DNA of 63,328 bases, filler included, from Globobulimina sp. (GCA_003354225.1; 19 parts of 19 records of this genome joined end to end with filler, not necessarily neighbours in it), one strand, 5' to 3'; counted from the first letter of the whole stretch, positions 21,569 to 34,518 are shown. A program made the numbers and translations. The notes: a model not told the origin generated them from the letters alone.

Positions 21569-22772
21569 TTAAAATTCAGTAGTCTTTGGGAACTCTTCAT
21601 GCTTGGAAATCACCTTTTTATTTTGCACGAGCCACGTTCTGACGGCCATCACAGCATCACCAGCATCATCATTTGTTTTTGTGTCTTTCATTACTTCCAA
21701 ATATTTTGGATGTATCCTATCAATACATTTTGCTAAATCAAACAGGAAATAAAAACTCATGGCTGGATTGATAAACAAAACACTGTTTTTTGTCCTCGTG
21801 TTGCTATGATAGTCACCAAATCTTCCTTCGATCGCATCCAAAATAGATGTGCCGACAATTGATTTTTGCATATATTGGTAACAGTGCTCTGAGGCTGACC
21901 TATATTTCTGAACACATTCCATCGAATTCATCAACGATATACAACCAAAAAAGCCACCATTTAATTTTAATTCAGCAATAGCTCTCCAAGAGGATACATC
22001 CGATGTACCATGGAATCGATCCACACCCAATCCTAAAACACCATGCATTTTATGTTTTATTTTCTTATTCTTTAACAAATGCACAGCAAACATCGATGTA
22101 TAATCTTCACAAATTGTTCCAGTTTGCAGCTCTGTGCCATCCATCAATGAGTCCGTTCCTCCGTCCATTACCACAATGCCATCAATATGCAATTTATCAA
22201 CCAATACATCATAGGCGTCGCTCAATTTTTGTACGCCCCAACGTGGAAAAGTATAAATTATCACATCTTCTTTTTCGTGTTCATAAAACCATTTTGATAG
22301 GAAATATTCAGGAAAATAAATGGTTTCTACATTCTCCTTTTTCTTGTAATTTACTTTGTAAACCAACGCTTTTCCTGAAAACCAAGACTTCATTCCGTCG
22401 AAATTATATTTACTTAAATTATTTGTTAGTGTGTAATTTGCGAAAAATACTTCTTTTCCTAATGCTTTCAATGCGTAATACAGTGGAATCCCTGCATGTG
22501 TTTAACATATAATTAATAGGTTGCAAATGTGAAATATGTGATAGTTAGACAAGTATTACTTATATACCTTGAAAACAATCATATCCTCCACCACAACCAC
22601 CGATTAATATTCTATCACATTGTAATATTTTTGCCCAGAATGGGATCATTAAAGGACATGTTGATAACGCATTTACCATTCCTCTCACATCTTTTTTTTC
22701 ATCGCAATCATTTGCAGATTTTTTCTCTTCCAAATCATCATTATTTTTATTTTCCTTATTTTTGAGGCTCAT
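21569..22772 (-). CDS. DUF1152-family protein (intron 22492-22567)
   Basis: Spliced ILIGGCGGGYDCFQGIPLYYAL; IDGIVVMDGGTDSLMDGTE...GTICED; GLGVDRFHG; SIVGTSILDAIEGRFGDYH; LFINPAM. Confidence 0.8.
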
Positions 22773-22868
22773 TTTTTGTTAGGTTTTAAATAGAATATTT
22801 AAAAAAATACCACACCGTTTCAAAAATAGTAATAGTATCATTTTTCTCAAAAACTGCAATTTGGAACA

Positions 22869-23284
22869 ATGGCAGATTTTGACACAGAAAAAGATGGTAC
22901 AACCAAAGCGTTATCAGTGGATGCGACAGATATAAACACTCAGTATTCAACAGATGAACAGATAGACCTTGCAAATGTAGCAAATGAAGTCCATGAGGAA
23001 GAAACAAAAATGTCATCACCTTCAACAACAAATGAATCACCAGAAAAGCACGAAGAGAAAGAGAAAGAACTACAATTAGCTGCAAATTTATCCGGAGCTT
23101 TCTCTGTATTCGAAAGCGAAGAAGCCAAAAAATTCCAAATCCATGGCAAAACATTTCGAGATAATTGGCAAGAATGTGTCAAACAGCCTTCCATCAAAGC
23201 TAAGGTCACCACAGACGACAAAGACACAGAAGAAGTGATTTATTTTGCAAACCCAATAGCACCGAGACGCATTTATGTTGGATT
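22869..23284 (+). CDS. Unknown protein, N-terminal fragment
   Basis: ATG-initiated ORF divergent from DUF1152, running into the linker. Confidence 0.5.
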
Positions 23285-23482
23285 NNNNNNNNNNNNNNNN
23301 NNNNNNNNNNNNNNNNNNNNNNNNNNNNTTAATTAATTAANNNNNNNNNNNNNNNNNNNNNNNNNNNNNNNNNNNNNNNNNNNNACTAAAAAACTGTGTG
23401 TTTTGACTACAAATCTTTTAGTTTGACACGAACAATCATGTCCTGTCCGCACAGCGTTCTGTTTTAAATCTACACTTTTACG

Positions 23483-25043
23483 ATGCCAGCACCAAAGAAA
23501 AAAACAAAAAAACGTCACAAAGGCGCAGGAAAACATAAAAAGCCAAAACCGAAACCAAAAATAAACAACAAACATAAACCCAAAAAGCATGCACCAAAAA
23601 ATAAAGACCACACAGAAGAAAAAAAAGAAATGAAAATGGATGAATCGTTGCAAATTCGCGGCGTTACTATGGTCCCATTGCATGTATACAAAGAAAGTAA
23701 ACAAACATTCCCTCCCTCCATTCCAGTCGCTGACTTATATCAAGAAAAAGAATATGCTGTGAACCAAACCATGCCGCATCCGGGCATTGCCAAATATCGC
23801 TCCGAATCATCTGAGAAACGCGCGCTTGAAAACGAGCTGTTATTTGTGCGGAGACTGCGTGCTATTCACGAAGCGTCCGAGGTACATCGACAAGTACGAC
23901 AGGCCGCGCAGCATTTTATTAAACCCAATCTAACCATGGTTGAAATATGCCAATTCATCGAACGATGTTCGTTGCAGTTACTGGGCCATAAATCGTCATC
24001 GCCGTATCAACGAATGTCGTTTCCGACAGGTTGCTCATTAAATAATTGTGCTGCTCACTATACGCCAAATACAGGCGACAAGAAACGACTGAAAGTGTCT
24101 GATTTGTGTAAGATTGATTTTGGTGTCGAGATCAATGGCAATATCATCAATTGTGCATTTTCTCTGTCGTTTTCGCATAAACATGATGTGTTAATGGAGG
24201 CGGTTCGCGCAGCGACTAACAGAGGCATCGAGGTGATGGGGATTGGCGCGCGGATGGGCGAAATTGGTGGGGAGATACAAGAAGTTATGGAATCATTTGA
24301 GTGTAAATATGATAATAAAATATGTCCAGTCAAATGTATTGCTAATTTAAGGTATGTATATTGCACAGGAATTAAATATAAATATAATGCAAATAGCAAT
24401 GTACTGTGATTTTCAGAAACGTTGCAAGGTAACGTTGTAATTTAACATTTTTAATTAAACAGCGAAAACTTTGCAAAGTACTGTAAGTTAATAATGGCAC
24501 CTTTTGGCAACTTGAATAATGAGAGAATCATAGCTATCATTTGCTGTCTGTATAATTGTGTCTTTTGCAATGATATTATTTAATTACAGTGGGCATAGTA
24601 TTGGTAAATGGGTCACCGATGGCGGTAAAGCCGTGCCGTTGATCAAAAGCAATGATCAGACAAAAATGGAAGAAAATGAATTGTATGCACTTGGCACATT
24701 TGGTACAACGGGCAAAGGATTTGTACAGAGAGGTGGTGAATGTTCACATTTTGCAATGATTGCAAATAAAGTGTATGAACATTCGATTGATCATAAAGGG
24801 ACAAAAGATTTATTTAAATTTATCAATAAAAGATTTGCAACAATGCCATTTTGCAGAAGGTGGTTAGACAGCAATGGGCATAAAAGACATTTACTGTCTT
24901 TGAAAAAATTAGTGGACAATGAAATTGTGAGAGCATACCCTCCGTTATGGGATGTTGAAGGATCATTTATTGCGCAGTATGAACATACAGTATTATTAAA
25001 ACCAACATGCAAAGAAATTGTGTCGAGAGGAAATGATTTTTAA
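23483..25043 (+). CDS. METAP2: Methionine aminopeptidase 2-like protein with degenerate metal site (intron 24352-24589)
   Basis: Lys-rich N-terminus, EVHRQVR, FPTGCSLNNCAAHYTPN, KIDFG, NLSGHSIG, FCRRWLD, YPPLWD, AQYEHTVLLKPTCKEIVSRGNDF. Confidence 0.9.
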
Positions 25044-25211
25044 TTGTTCAAAGCAGTTAATTGACCTATTTGAAGATGATCAATTTGTGTAAAAATACTG
25101 TTTTTCAAACTTGTTTTATAACATATGTACTTATATAATTGGTACTGCAGTATAAAGTTGTTCCATTTATTGATATCGTTTTGCATATATTTGTTGTGAG
25201 AAACGGGTCCG

Positions 25212-25956
25212 TCAAAGTTTTGAGTGGAATGTAGCAAAATGTTCTAGTTTTTCTCTTTCCGATCGTAATGTATTAACTTTTGCCGCAGCATTCTTATATC
25301 CAATGCACATGCCACAAAACAACAATTCTTTCTTGTCAATATGTAGCAATTCCTTTGCTGTTTTCGAAAATGCAGCCCAGGCCTCCTGAGCGCATGAATC
25401 AATTCCTCTTTCTTGCAATAATAACATGACATTTTGCATAAACATTCCTAAATAAAAAAATTGAATCAAATCTTTTGTCGCATTATTCATTGTAAATATT
25501 AATGCAATCGGCGCATTGAAAAATGACCAATTTTTTTTTAAATGTTGAAACCGTTTAAATTTATCTTTATATGCAATATCCAATAATTTGTACATCATAA
25601 CAGCTAATTTTTTCCTTCTTTTATGATATTTTAACTTCAATTTTAAAGGATAGACATTATATTCATGCTCAGTGTCGAAAGAGCCTTTGTTTAATTTATT
25701 TTGTATCCCCTTGACAAATATAGACAGTTTCGATCCTTCCAATACATAAACTTTCCACTCAATGTGCTCACTTTCAATGTTTTGTCTCGCTCTTTCCAAT
25801 ATTTCCATTATTAATGATAAAGGAGGCTGTTTATTGGGAATAAAATCTCTTACAGATATCCTTGACATTATTGCTTCAGACACTGTATATTAATTAAAAA
25901 AATGTGTTCATTTCAATAAAAAAATGTCATACAGTACCTTTCATGCTGTTTGCCAT
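25212..25956 (-). CDS. Nitroreductase-family flavoprotein (intron 25883-25937)
   Basis: VSEAIMSRISVRDF, FFNAPIALIF, LGMFMQNVMLLLQERGIDSCAQEAW, LFCGMCIGY, NTLRSERE. Confidence 0.85.
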
Positions 25957-26132
25957 TGTTATCTTTTTAAGCTAGTTTGAGAAAACCTTGAGTTCGGATT
26001 TTGAATGCTATTTATATAGATAGAAACGATAAGAATTGTTATCGTCTGAAACACAAAGCATTCAAATTCACACACACAAAAATATTTGAATATAAGAATA
26101 TTGACACAATTTCATGATCACTCCATAAATTG

Positions 26133-26623
26133 TTATGTTGCTGTATCTGTAGATATTGATATCATTTTCGACATTTTAGGTATTTTACCATTATTATTTG
26201 TTGCTTGATCCTCGTTTGTTTGTTCCCGCTGTTCCTGATCTGTTTTTGTTGCCGCAAGCTCTTTGGCATAAAATGCAAATGTATTTAAGCTCAAATTTCT
26301 CGTTGCTGTCCTTTCAACGCTGTGATTAACTTTGTTAGCAACCCATCCACACAGTTTATGATATGCATAACGTGCGTAAGGAAATTGCAAATAAATGCAT
26401 AAGTTGTTAGTAACGACATCCATAATAATCAATAATTTCAAACATTGAAGCGTTATATTTCGGGAATTCGCTCCAAATGCAACAAGAAAGTGCAACAAAG
26501 CAGCAATAAATACCAATATTGTGGTTGACAATGATGTTGTTCCTAATACTAAATATTTAGCAATGCAATATACAAATTTCCTATCCTTTGATGGCAAATT
26601 TATTTCACTTGTTACATTTTTCA
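26133..26623 (-). CDS. C-terminal part of a multi-pass (7TM/GPCR-like) membrane protein, 5'-truncated
   Basis: KYLVL...TM, MDVVTNNLCIYLQF..A..AYHKLCG helix-8-like tail. Confidence 0.5.
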
Positions 26624-27449
26624 NNNNNNNNNNNNNNNNNNNNNNNNNNNNNNNNNNNNNNNNNNNNTTAATTAATTAANNNNNNNNNNNNNNNNNNNNN
26701 NNNNNNNNNNNNNNNNNNNNNNNTAAAAGAAATGATAGGTGCTTTGTATTAGTATAAAAATGTAGATAATGAACAAAGAGTCCATATCCCATTTTAATGG
26801 GCAACCAAATATATATATATAAATACACCCAGCACCACACAGCATGGGTAGCTCATTTTAGCCTAAAAATACGATACATTTGTAAATAAACAAATTATAT
26901 CGATATTGTTATGTTCAATCTGTCCTCACTATCATTTGTTGGGTTGGAGGAGGTACTAAACCAATGTATCAATCACTGCTAAATTCCAAATAAATATAAT
27001 TATTTCCTCTGTATATTTGCATATTATATACATTTATAAATTGCAAAATTTGCTGCATAATCATTTCTTAACTATTAATAAGATAATTTGATGCCTTGAG
27101 AATCTCACAATATTTTGTTTCAATGCAAGCTGCAACTCACAATAAATACAGCTAATTCTTATTTAGAAACCACAGTTTAATCAGTTGCGAGAAATGGAAG
27201 GATGAATTGTTTGAGAAAGGTAAGTTTTTAGTAAAAATGTTTTTGATTACATCTGTAAAAAAACACATTCAAATCTTTAAATGCATGATTGCAATCAATG
27301 AGCAATAAAGGTAACATTTTGTCGTATAATATTAAAAAAAGAAGGAAACCACGTGTTGTTAAACAGGATACATCGATTTAGATGATGTTACAGAAGAGCC
27401 AGGGGATGCGTTCTCAAATTGGATACATAGCGCTAAAACAAAACTAAGA

Positions 27450-28034
27450 ATGAGAGAGATGAAACTAATGCAAATGCGAATTCTCGAAATAAAAACAATT
27501 ATTTTCGAAAATATAAAAACATTTGAAAACGATTCGTATACAAATAATAATCAAGCGGTCGATATATGTATTTCGGAAAGAGATATTTCGGAATTAGTAA
27601 ACAAACAGTTTGGTGATATTGTATTATCAACAATGACCGAACTAAGTAAAGAATTAGAAACTTGGTCCGGTATACAATTAAACCAAACATCCAAAGACTT
27701 GTCTTCATTTCGTGTATATTTTAGTAATAATTATAACAACGATGATAATATAATTAATAATTATGATTTTGTTTTTCATCCAACAAGTCCAGATCCGTTT
27801 ATTTCGTTAATACCAAATGATCCGGATCCGGATCCTTATAATGAGATAACATTCGTGATGCCACCCGATGAAAGTACGAATGCGTATAACGTGGATGTAT
27901 CGCCATCATCAATGTCATATTGTCCGTCAATATTACCTGTGCCTTTTGTGCAAAATGTAGAAGGTATTCGATATCATCCGTTTCAATGTGGCTATAATAA
28001 TATTAATAATAATTTGAATTATGCAATACATTAA
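27450..28034 (+). CDS. Unknown protein (probably last exon of a spliced gene)
   Basis: 194-aa ORF followed by a T-rich 3' region; no motif recognised. Confidence 0.35.
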   Translation: MREMKLMQMRILEIKTIIFENIKTFENDSYTNNNQAVDICISERDISELVNKQFGDIVLSTMTELSKELETWSGIQLNQTSKDLSSFRVYFSNNYNNDDNIINNYDFVFHPTSPDPFISLIPNDPDPDPYNEITFVMPPDESTNAYNVDVSPSSMSYCPSILPVPFVQNVEGIRYHPFQCGYNNINNNLNYAIH

Positions 28035-28479
28035 ATCTTGTACTGGACAGTGGACATATATATAATGATAATATTAATTAAGTGATACTGAATTTATTAT
28101 TAAAACCCAGCACTGGAAAATAATTTTACTGCGATCAATTAATAGTCAATTTTTTAATAGGCTCCTTTTGTCATCCTATCAAATTAGTTTTTTTTGCTTC
28201 TTTTTTTTTGTATGGGTGTTTTTAATTTTTATGCGAATTTATATGCTTTTTGTTCTTTAAATAATATTTAAAAATTAAGGCTCTTCATCGAGCAGTATAA
28301 CATTAATTTGCTCTTTCTGCGAATAATCGTAATAATATCACTTTGTTTCCGCTTAGATTTGGGGGAATACACACCGTTAATATACGTACAAAAGCATCGG
28401 TTTTCAGCGTCATATTTTTATTGGTTGCTATTCTGACAAGTTCAGCTAAAGTTTTCAGCTAAAGTTTTCAGCTAAAAGC

Positions 28480-29961
28480 ATGGCAGCAGATGAGGAAGAG
28501 TATGAATACTATGATGAGGAAGAATGCGAATATGGCAATGGTGGTGATGATGAATATGAGTATGAATATTATGATGATACACAAATAATAACAACTCGGT
28601 ATTCACAACAATTAATTATTGACCCAGATTCAGTGCAAGAACCCCAAGATATGGAAGACGAAAAAGCATTGGACAGCTTTAGTGCCCACCGCTCGAAAAC
28701 ACATTCACGGCATCATAGTCACAGAAACAGTGACAGGAAACAAAAGCAATCGCCAAATATGTTGGCCATACATGTAATAAAAGCGTTATTTAAAAATGAA
28801 AATTTAAATCAATTATGTATGCAGCCACAAGCGCAAGAATTAGAAAATTTGGCGCAAATTTTAGAAAATATTATCAATAAAAACACGACAGAAATACCAG
28901 ATTTTATTTTACATTTATTTCAGACTACAATTGATAATATGTTTGGTGTTTTGAATCTTGATTTTAATTTATTAAATTATGATTATTTACATATAAAATC
29001 TGTATTTGTGGACGAAAACGATATCATTCGATTTGAGCGTATAATGAATTTATGCATAAACTCAAAAATATCAACAATCCAAATCTCAAATATACATTTA
29101 ACATCGAAGTCGTTTGATTGTATTCTAAATTATATTTCAAACGATGCTAATTACGATCAAGAGGATTATTTGCAAAACGCTGTCAATCAATTTATATTAC
29201 ATCGCAAATCTGGCCTTAAATATGATAAAATTGAGTCAATTTATGCACAACAGTTTGAAGTCTGTGGCTGGAAAATGTCATTTGATGCACAAACACAACA
29301 TGTGATCATTAAACTCGATTTCCATGCAAGTTGGGAGTATGTTTATGATGAGGACTATGATGAGGAGAAGGAGAAAGAGAATGGGATTGTCACTAATTCG
29401 CATACTACGCTCACAAAGGAAGCCACCCAGGACGCTGAATATGAGTATTATGAGGATGACGAATATGAATATTACTATGAGAGTGAGACTGAAAAAGTTA
29501 ATAAACCCTCACCAATGCTACCAAACAAAACAGCGTTGAAACCGCCAGCTTCTGCTGATGTTGGATTAGGTATTGGTGGTGGTTTAGGTGGCTTGGGATT
29601 ACCACCACCAGACAGCGAGGATGAGGTTGACATTGAGACTTTAGAAAAAAACAAAGTAAAGTTTTTAAGTGAAGTACTTACTAACCCAGATTATGAACAA
29701 CGCGCGTTATTTTCTGGAATATTATCAGCAGTCATTTCAGCAATGCAAAGAATGGATGTCCGCAAAGGACAGTGCATTATAAAGGAGACTGAATACGGAC
29801 AAAATTACGACTTAAAGTTTTTTGTCATTGAATATGGTGTTTTTAGCAGTTATCAGCAAGGTAAAAAATTAGACATTGAGTTATTTAGCACGTCAACATT
29901 CGGTGAAACACATTTAATATATGGCATACCCCAACATGTGACAATCCGCGCAGCGACCAAT
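28480..29961 (+). CDS. Acidic (YEY-repeat) protein with C-terminal cyclic-nucleotide-binding domain, 3'-truncated
   Basis: ALFSG...VISAMQRMDVRKGQCIIKE...FFVIEYGVF...FGETHLIYGIPQHVTIRA is a cNMP-binding fold; the usual PR/PRAA Arg is replaced. Confidence 0.75.
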
Positions 29962-30078
29962 NNNNNNNNNNNNNNNNNNNNNNNNNNNNNNNNNNNNNNN
30001 NNNNNTTAATTAATTAANNNNNNNNNNNNNNNNNNNNNNNNNNNNNNNNNNNNNNNNNNNNCTGTCTCCACCGAATCT

Positions 30079-32928
30079 ATGCACTCTCACTCCCATGCAA
30101 AGCATAAGAACAACAAAGAAAAGCATAATACATTGGATTCCTTTGATAAATTAATAAAATTATTAAATTCACCCGGCCACAATCCATCCGCCTCTGATCC
30201 CTCTCGCAATCCCTCCCATCCTCAGTCGCCATTGCATTTGGATAAATTTATTGAAGAAGATCTACAAAACATGAAAAATATGGCCATCCAATACGGCAAA
30301 TCGCAAACCCATACTCATCCAAAACAGAGAAAAAATAAAAAAATCAAGAAAAAAACAATCAAAACACGTTTGCGGCCATGTACACCGCCGCCACATTCCT
30401 CGAATTTGCAACAACGGTTTGATATCGTACCGAGACCATCGATTAATTCGATTTCCAAAACGCCCTCGAAAAAAACCAGACGGACACAATCCTCCATACC
30501 CAATGGCAATGGATGCAATGCAGCAAAACCAAAATCCAAATCATATAAAAAATTGAATATAAAAAATGAGGAAAAGCTAAAGTCAAAAACAAAAACAAAA
30601 TCGAAAACAACCAAACTGAAACAAATACAAATGTCAGCTAAAACATTTAAAAAACTTAAAACCAAAAATAAAGCGAAATCTGTACATAAAAAATCACACA
30701 AAACACGTAGTAAAAAAGCAGTGACCAAAGGATTATCCATTAAAATAAATCCACAAATGGACAATGCGCGAACTAGGAAGAAAAAAGCAGTGTCTTTTGA
30801 ATTGCCACCATTGAATACTATGAATACAACATTTTCGCCCACCTCATATTCGAGTGAACAATTACAACCATCACAATTTAGGCAAATGTCTCTAAGGAAA
30901 GTGCCTAAGTCTCCCACACCAAAAACGAAAAAAATGATCAAAAAAAGTAATAAAAAACGCTGTAAAAACATAAAAAAACTTGAACTTACCGCTGCCGCCA
31001 CACCACCGTCGCCCGCACGACCTAAACGGAGGTCGCTATCCAATAAATTTGATCATATGTCTGGCATTACGCCAGCTGAGCCATTAAAACAAGTACCAAT
31101 GGCAATGGATGCGCATAACACCATACTGCATGATTACAAATGGGGCTCATCGTACACACATTCCTTATCTAAATCCGTTTACATGTATGCGGCATCGAGA
31201 GGGAACAATGTCTTATTCCCTGTGCAAAATACGAATAATTCCACACTAAATAACCTCACTAAAACTCGCAGATTATCCAATCCCAAAAACAAATATAAAA
31301 AAGCAAAAAAGACGGTGAAATCAAGCGTTTCATTGCCATCCACCCACAATCACCAAAACAAAAACAACCACAACAATGACAGTGACCTCATGAAGGCGGC
31401 GAGAGCCAAAATAACATCGCCACAAAAACGCAGACGCAATGCCGCCGTGGGAATGTCGTCGCAAATACAATCACAATTACTCAATTTCGACGACAAATTG
31501 ATATTTGTTAATGATGCCACGTATAACGACCCAAAGGATGATGCTGTCCCAGATATTGTACATGTGGATGAAAGCTACGACAATGCGCCAGACGACAAGT
31601 TTAAGTCCAATTCATTGCCCACCACACCGACGTTACTACCACAATCCACTTCGGACAATATCTATGAAACTGCCAAGGCGGACCGAACTACGCCCAAAGT
31701 GTTATTAACTAAAACAGTGCCAAACATGTCATTTATATCTAAATCGAGTCCGGTGACTCCCGTACGGCATTACGGCCATAATAACAGTCCAGGCAGCGAT
31801 TTAGATTTAGACGATCTGTGTGCGTATGGCGGAAAATATCACGCGCATAAATTAGAAATTAAATCCAATATACATCACCATTCCAATTCTGATTCTGATG
31901 ACGAATTAGAGCCTTTAGAGGCGTCGGCAAGGAATACCATTGTAACTGCGACTGATAAGGAAATATTACGAAAACCATCGAGTACTGGGGCATTGCATAA
32001 GAAATTTGAGACTCATACACGTGTTCGTGGCCGCACACGCTTTCGTAGACAACGCAGCCGCCATCACAGCCATTCCTCGTCATCGCTATCACGCAAATCA
32101 TCCATTTCCGTCTCTCTCTCTGTCTCTGTATCATCGGATAATGAGCGCCGAATGTCATCGGATAGTGATTCATCGGATCAATCCTCGATATCGAGTGTTT
32201 CGTCCGATAGTTCATCGTCAAATTCAAGCTCTGTGAGTTCGCGTTCGCATTCACGGACTAGTCGGAGCCGACGGAGCCTATCTCGGAGTTCACGGGACAG
32301 CTCACGGAGTGCCACACCAAGCAGATATCGATCGGGCTCACGATCGGATTTAAATAACCAGAAAACGCAAAAATTACAAAAGAGTTTGTTTAATAATATG
32401 GCAAATATGATGTTAATGATGACCAATACGTCACTTTCGACGACTGCTTCTGGCCCGGGTCCGGGTGTTGGTGTTCCGAGTTTAACCAACGACAAATATT
32501 CATCGTCTTCGTTTAGTTTTGTGAATATGAATGGCATTCTGTCGCCACCCGCAATGTCGCCGTGTTATGGTGGTAGTGTCAAATGGGAGGAGAATGCGTT
32601 TAACCTCGACTCTCCGCCTCCGGCTACCACGCATAAAACAAATAATTTTGATGATTTTATGACATTTATGACCAGTTTTGGTTCTGAGCAGAATAAAATG
32701 AATATGAATATGAATAATAATAATAATATATTTAATACGTTTGGAGCAGGGACTAATTATAAGAAGACAAATGGAGTTGATATAACTACAACAAATATGA
32801 GTGATAATAATGAGAAAGGGGTGGCTTATCAGAATAGAATCGCATCGATTATGTTGGCGAACAGCTATGCGGAGGACACGAGTGGCAGTGCGAGTGATGT
32901 TGATGCTGTCAATGGATCTGTTGTTTAA
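30079..32928 (+). CDS. Large intrinsically disordered K/S/R-rich protein, probably 5'-truncated
   Basis: 949-aa uninterrupted ORF with basic and SR-rich tracts, followed by a T-rich 3' UTR. Confidence 0.7.
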   Translation: MHSHSHAKHKNNKEKHNTLDSFDKLIKLLNSPGHNPSASDPSRNPSHPQSPLHLDKFIEEDLQNMKNMAIQYGKSQTHTHPKQRKNKKIKKKTIKTRLRPCTPPPHSSNLQQRFDIVPRPSINSISKTPSKKTRRTQSSIPNGNGCNAAKPKSKSYKKLNIKNEEKLKSKTKTKSKTTKLKQIQMSAKTFKKLKTKNKAKSVHKKSHKTRSKKAVTKGLSIKINPQMDNARTRKKKAVSFELPPLNTMNTTFSPTSYSSEQLQPSQFRQMSLRKVPKSPTPKTKKMIKKSNKKRCKNIKKLELTAAATPPSPARPKRRSLSNKFDHMSGITPAEPLKQVPMAMDAHNTILHDYKWGSSYTHSLSKSVYMYAASRGNNVLFPVQNTNNSTLNNLTKTRRLSNPKNKYKKAKKTVKSSVSLPSTHNHQNKNNHNNDSDLMKAARAKITSPQKRRRNAAVGMSSQIQSQLLNFDDKLIFVNDATYNDPKDDAVPDIVHVDESYDNAPDDKFKSNSLPTTPTLLPQSTSDNIYETAKADRTTPKVLLTKTVPNMSFISKSSPVTPVRHYGHNNSPGSDLDLDDLCAYGGKYHAHKLEIKSNIHHHSNSDSDDELEPLEASARNTIVTATDKEILRKPSSTGALHKKFETHTRVRGRTRFRRQRSRHHSHSSSSLSRKSSISVSLSVSVSSDNERRMSSDSDSSDQSSISSVSSDSSSSNSSSVSSRSHSRTSRSRRSLSRSSRDSSRSATPSRYRSGSRSDLNNQKTQKLQKSLFNNMANMMLMMTNTSLSTTASGPGPGVGVPSLTNDKYSSSSFSFVNMNGILSPPAMSPCYGGSVKWEENAFNLDSPPPATTHKTNNFDDFMTFMTSFGSEQNKMNMNMNNNNNIFNTFGAGTNYKKTNGVDITTTNMSDNNEKGVAYQNRIASIMLANSYAEDTSGSASDVDAVNGSVV

Positions 32929-33399
32929 TGTTTCTTTTTGTTGTACCACATATATTTCTAATTTCTATTAACTTTTATTACATATATTTTTTTTTTATGA
33001 CTAAGTTGTTTTTCTGTGCACTTTTTTTGTTTTGTTAATTCTTCATTGATGTTTTATTATGTTTATTTTTGTTGCTCCTCTAATGACTGTTTTTTTATAT
33101 TATGTATAAAGGAGAAACATGGAAAGATTTATTGTTCACATTAATGTTTTAATTTTCTTTTTTTTGTTTTCTCTCTCTCTGTTTAACATGTTTTGCACGC
33201 TCTCAGTTTTTTTATTGCCGTAATAATTATATTTTCGTTTGTTTTATTTGTTTTTGTTGCTTTATTGGTTGGGACTTGGGATTCAATAATATGTTTTGTN
33301 NNNNNNNNNNNNNNNNNNNNNNNNNNNNNNNNNNNNNNNNNNNTTAATTAATTAANNNNNNNNNNNNNNNNNNNNNNNNNNNNNNNNNNNNNNNNNNNN

Positions 33400-34098
33400 G
33401 AAGTTGCACAGATTGAGATTTTATATGGCCACGATGAATTTAATAATGTATTATCAACAAGACAATCTCTTACTTCTGTACGAAGCGAAAGGGACAGTAT
33501 AAATACGGCAGTCACTGATTTTGATACTGGCGAGTTAGAATTGCAAGACGTTAATACTGCGAATCCGTTTGGCACTGAATTAGATTTTATTAAAATGACA
33601 CCAGTTCAATCCAATAAATCAAACACATCGAAACATGGAGCGTACGATACATTACATTCAGAGTCTGCTGTTCATGGCCAATTCACTCCGAACACTTTAA
33701 AAATAATTGATATGATGGCAGTGAATGAATTAAGTAATAGATTTGCTGTGGTTGCAGCTGGTATGGATAATGAGAGGATATTAATGGCAGATATTAAGGA
33801 AGAAGAATATGATGAAGAAGAGAAATGTGACAAACCACAATTAAAACCTGATTATAATAATAGCGGTAAAATGAGCAATGTAACAAATACAATATCTCGA
33901 GATGAAGAGAAAAATCTCAATGAATTAATGAATATGGATTCCAATGATGTTGATATTGATATTGGCAATGTGTACAACTTAACAGTTCGGAATGACGACA
34001 ACCAAAATTTTAATGTTAGTTTAGATTATGAATCACCGGAAATGAATGATTTAGAGGTCATATTAGGTTTAGATCCTCACGACAGCACAAAATTGTAA
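33400..34098 (+). CDS. C-terminal acidic tail of an unknown protein, 5'-truncated
   Basis: ORF near the contig start ending DSTKL-stop. Confidence 0.45.
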   Translation, partial: EVAQIEILYGHDEFNNVLSTRQSLTSVRSERDSINTAVTDFDTGELELQDVNTANPFGTELDFIKMTPVQSNKSNTSKHGAYDTLHSESAVHGQFTPNTLKIIDMMAVNELSNRFAVVAAGMDNERILMADIKEEEYDEEEKCDKPQLKPDYNNSGKMSNVTNTISRDEEKNLNELMNMDSNDVDIDIGNVYNLTVRNDDNQNFNVSLDYESPEMNDLEVILGLDPHDSTKL

Positions 34099-34518
34099 TC
34101 GACCAACCTATATTGCTACTTTTTATGTAGTTTTAGTTTTATATAAAAATATAAATTATATATTCGAACATCACCAACAATGTATGTTAAAGACCGGATT
34201 AAACACTGTTAAATTGTCAGGTCCATGGTCCTTAACATGCGTTTTTGATATAGTTTTACGAAAATATTGTTTTAATTAATTTTTGTGTTTGGTACTATAT
34301 TATATATAGCATTATATATGCGTTCTTTTTTCAAGCGGCTTTTTTTTTTTTATTACGTTGTAATCTTAAATAATAATTCAATTATATTATTCTATATTTT
34401 TTTTCAAATGACCGCGTACATTGAATAGATCTAATGATGTGCTTACATTCTGCCATAATTAGCAATGAGATAATCATGACGTTAAGAAAGTTTTTTACTA
34501 CTACTGCTATGCAAGAGA

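Noticed and set aside
28441-28476. Three copies of (GTT)TTCAGCTAAA just before the ATG at 28480
   Set aside because: Short slippage-type repeat; no evidence for a regulatory role.
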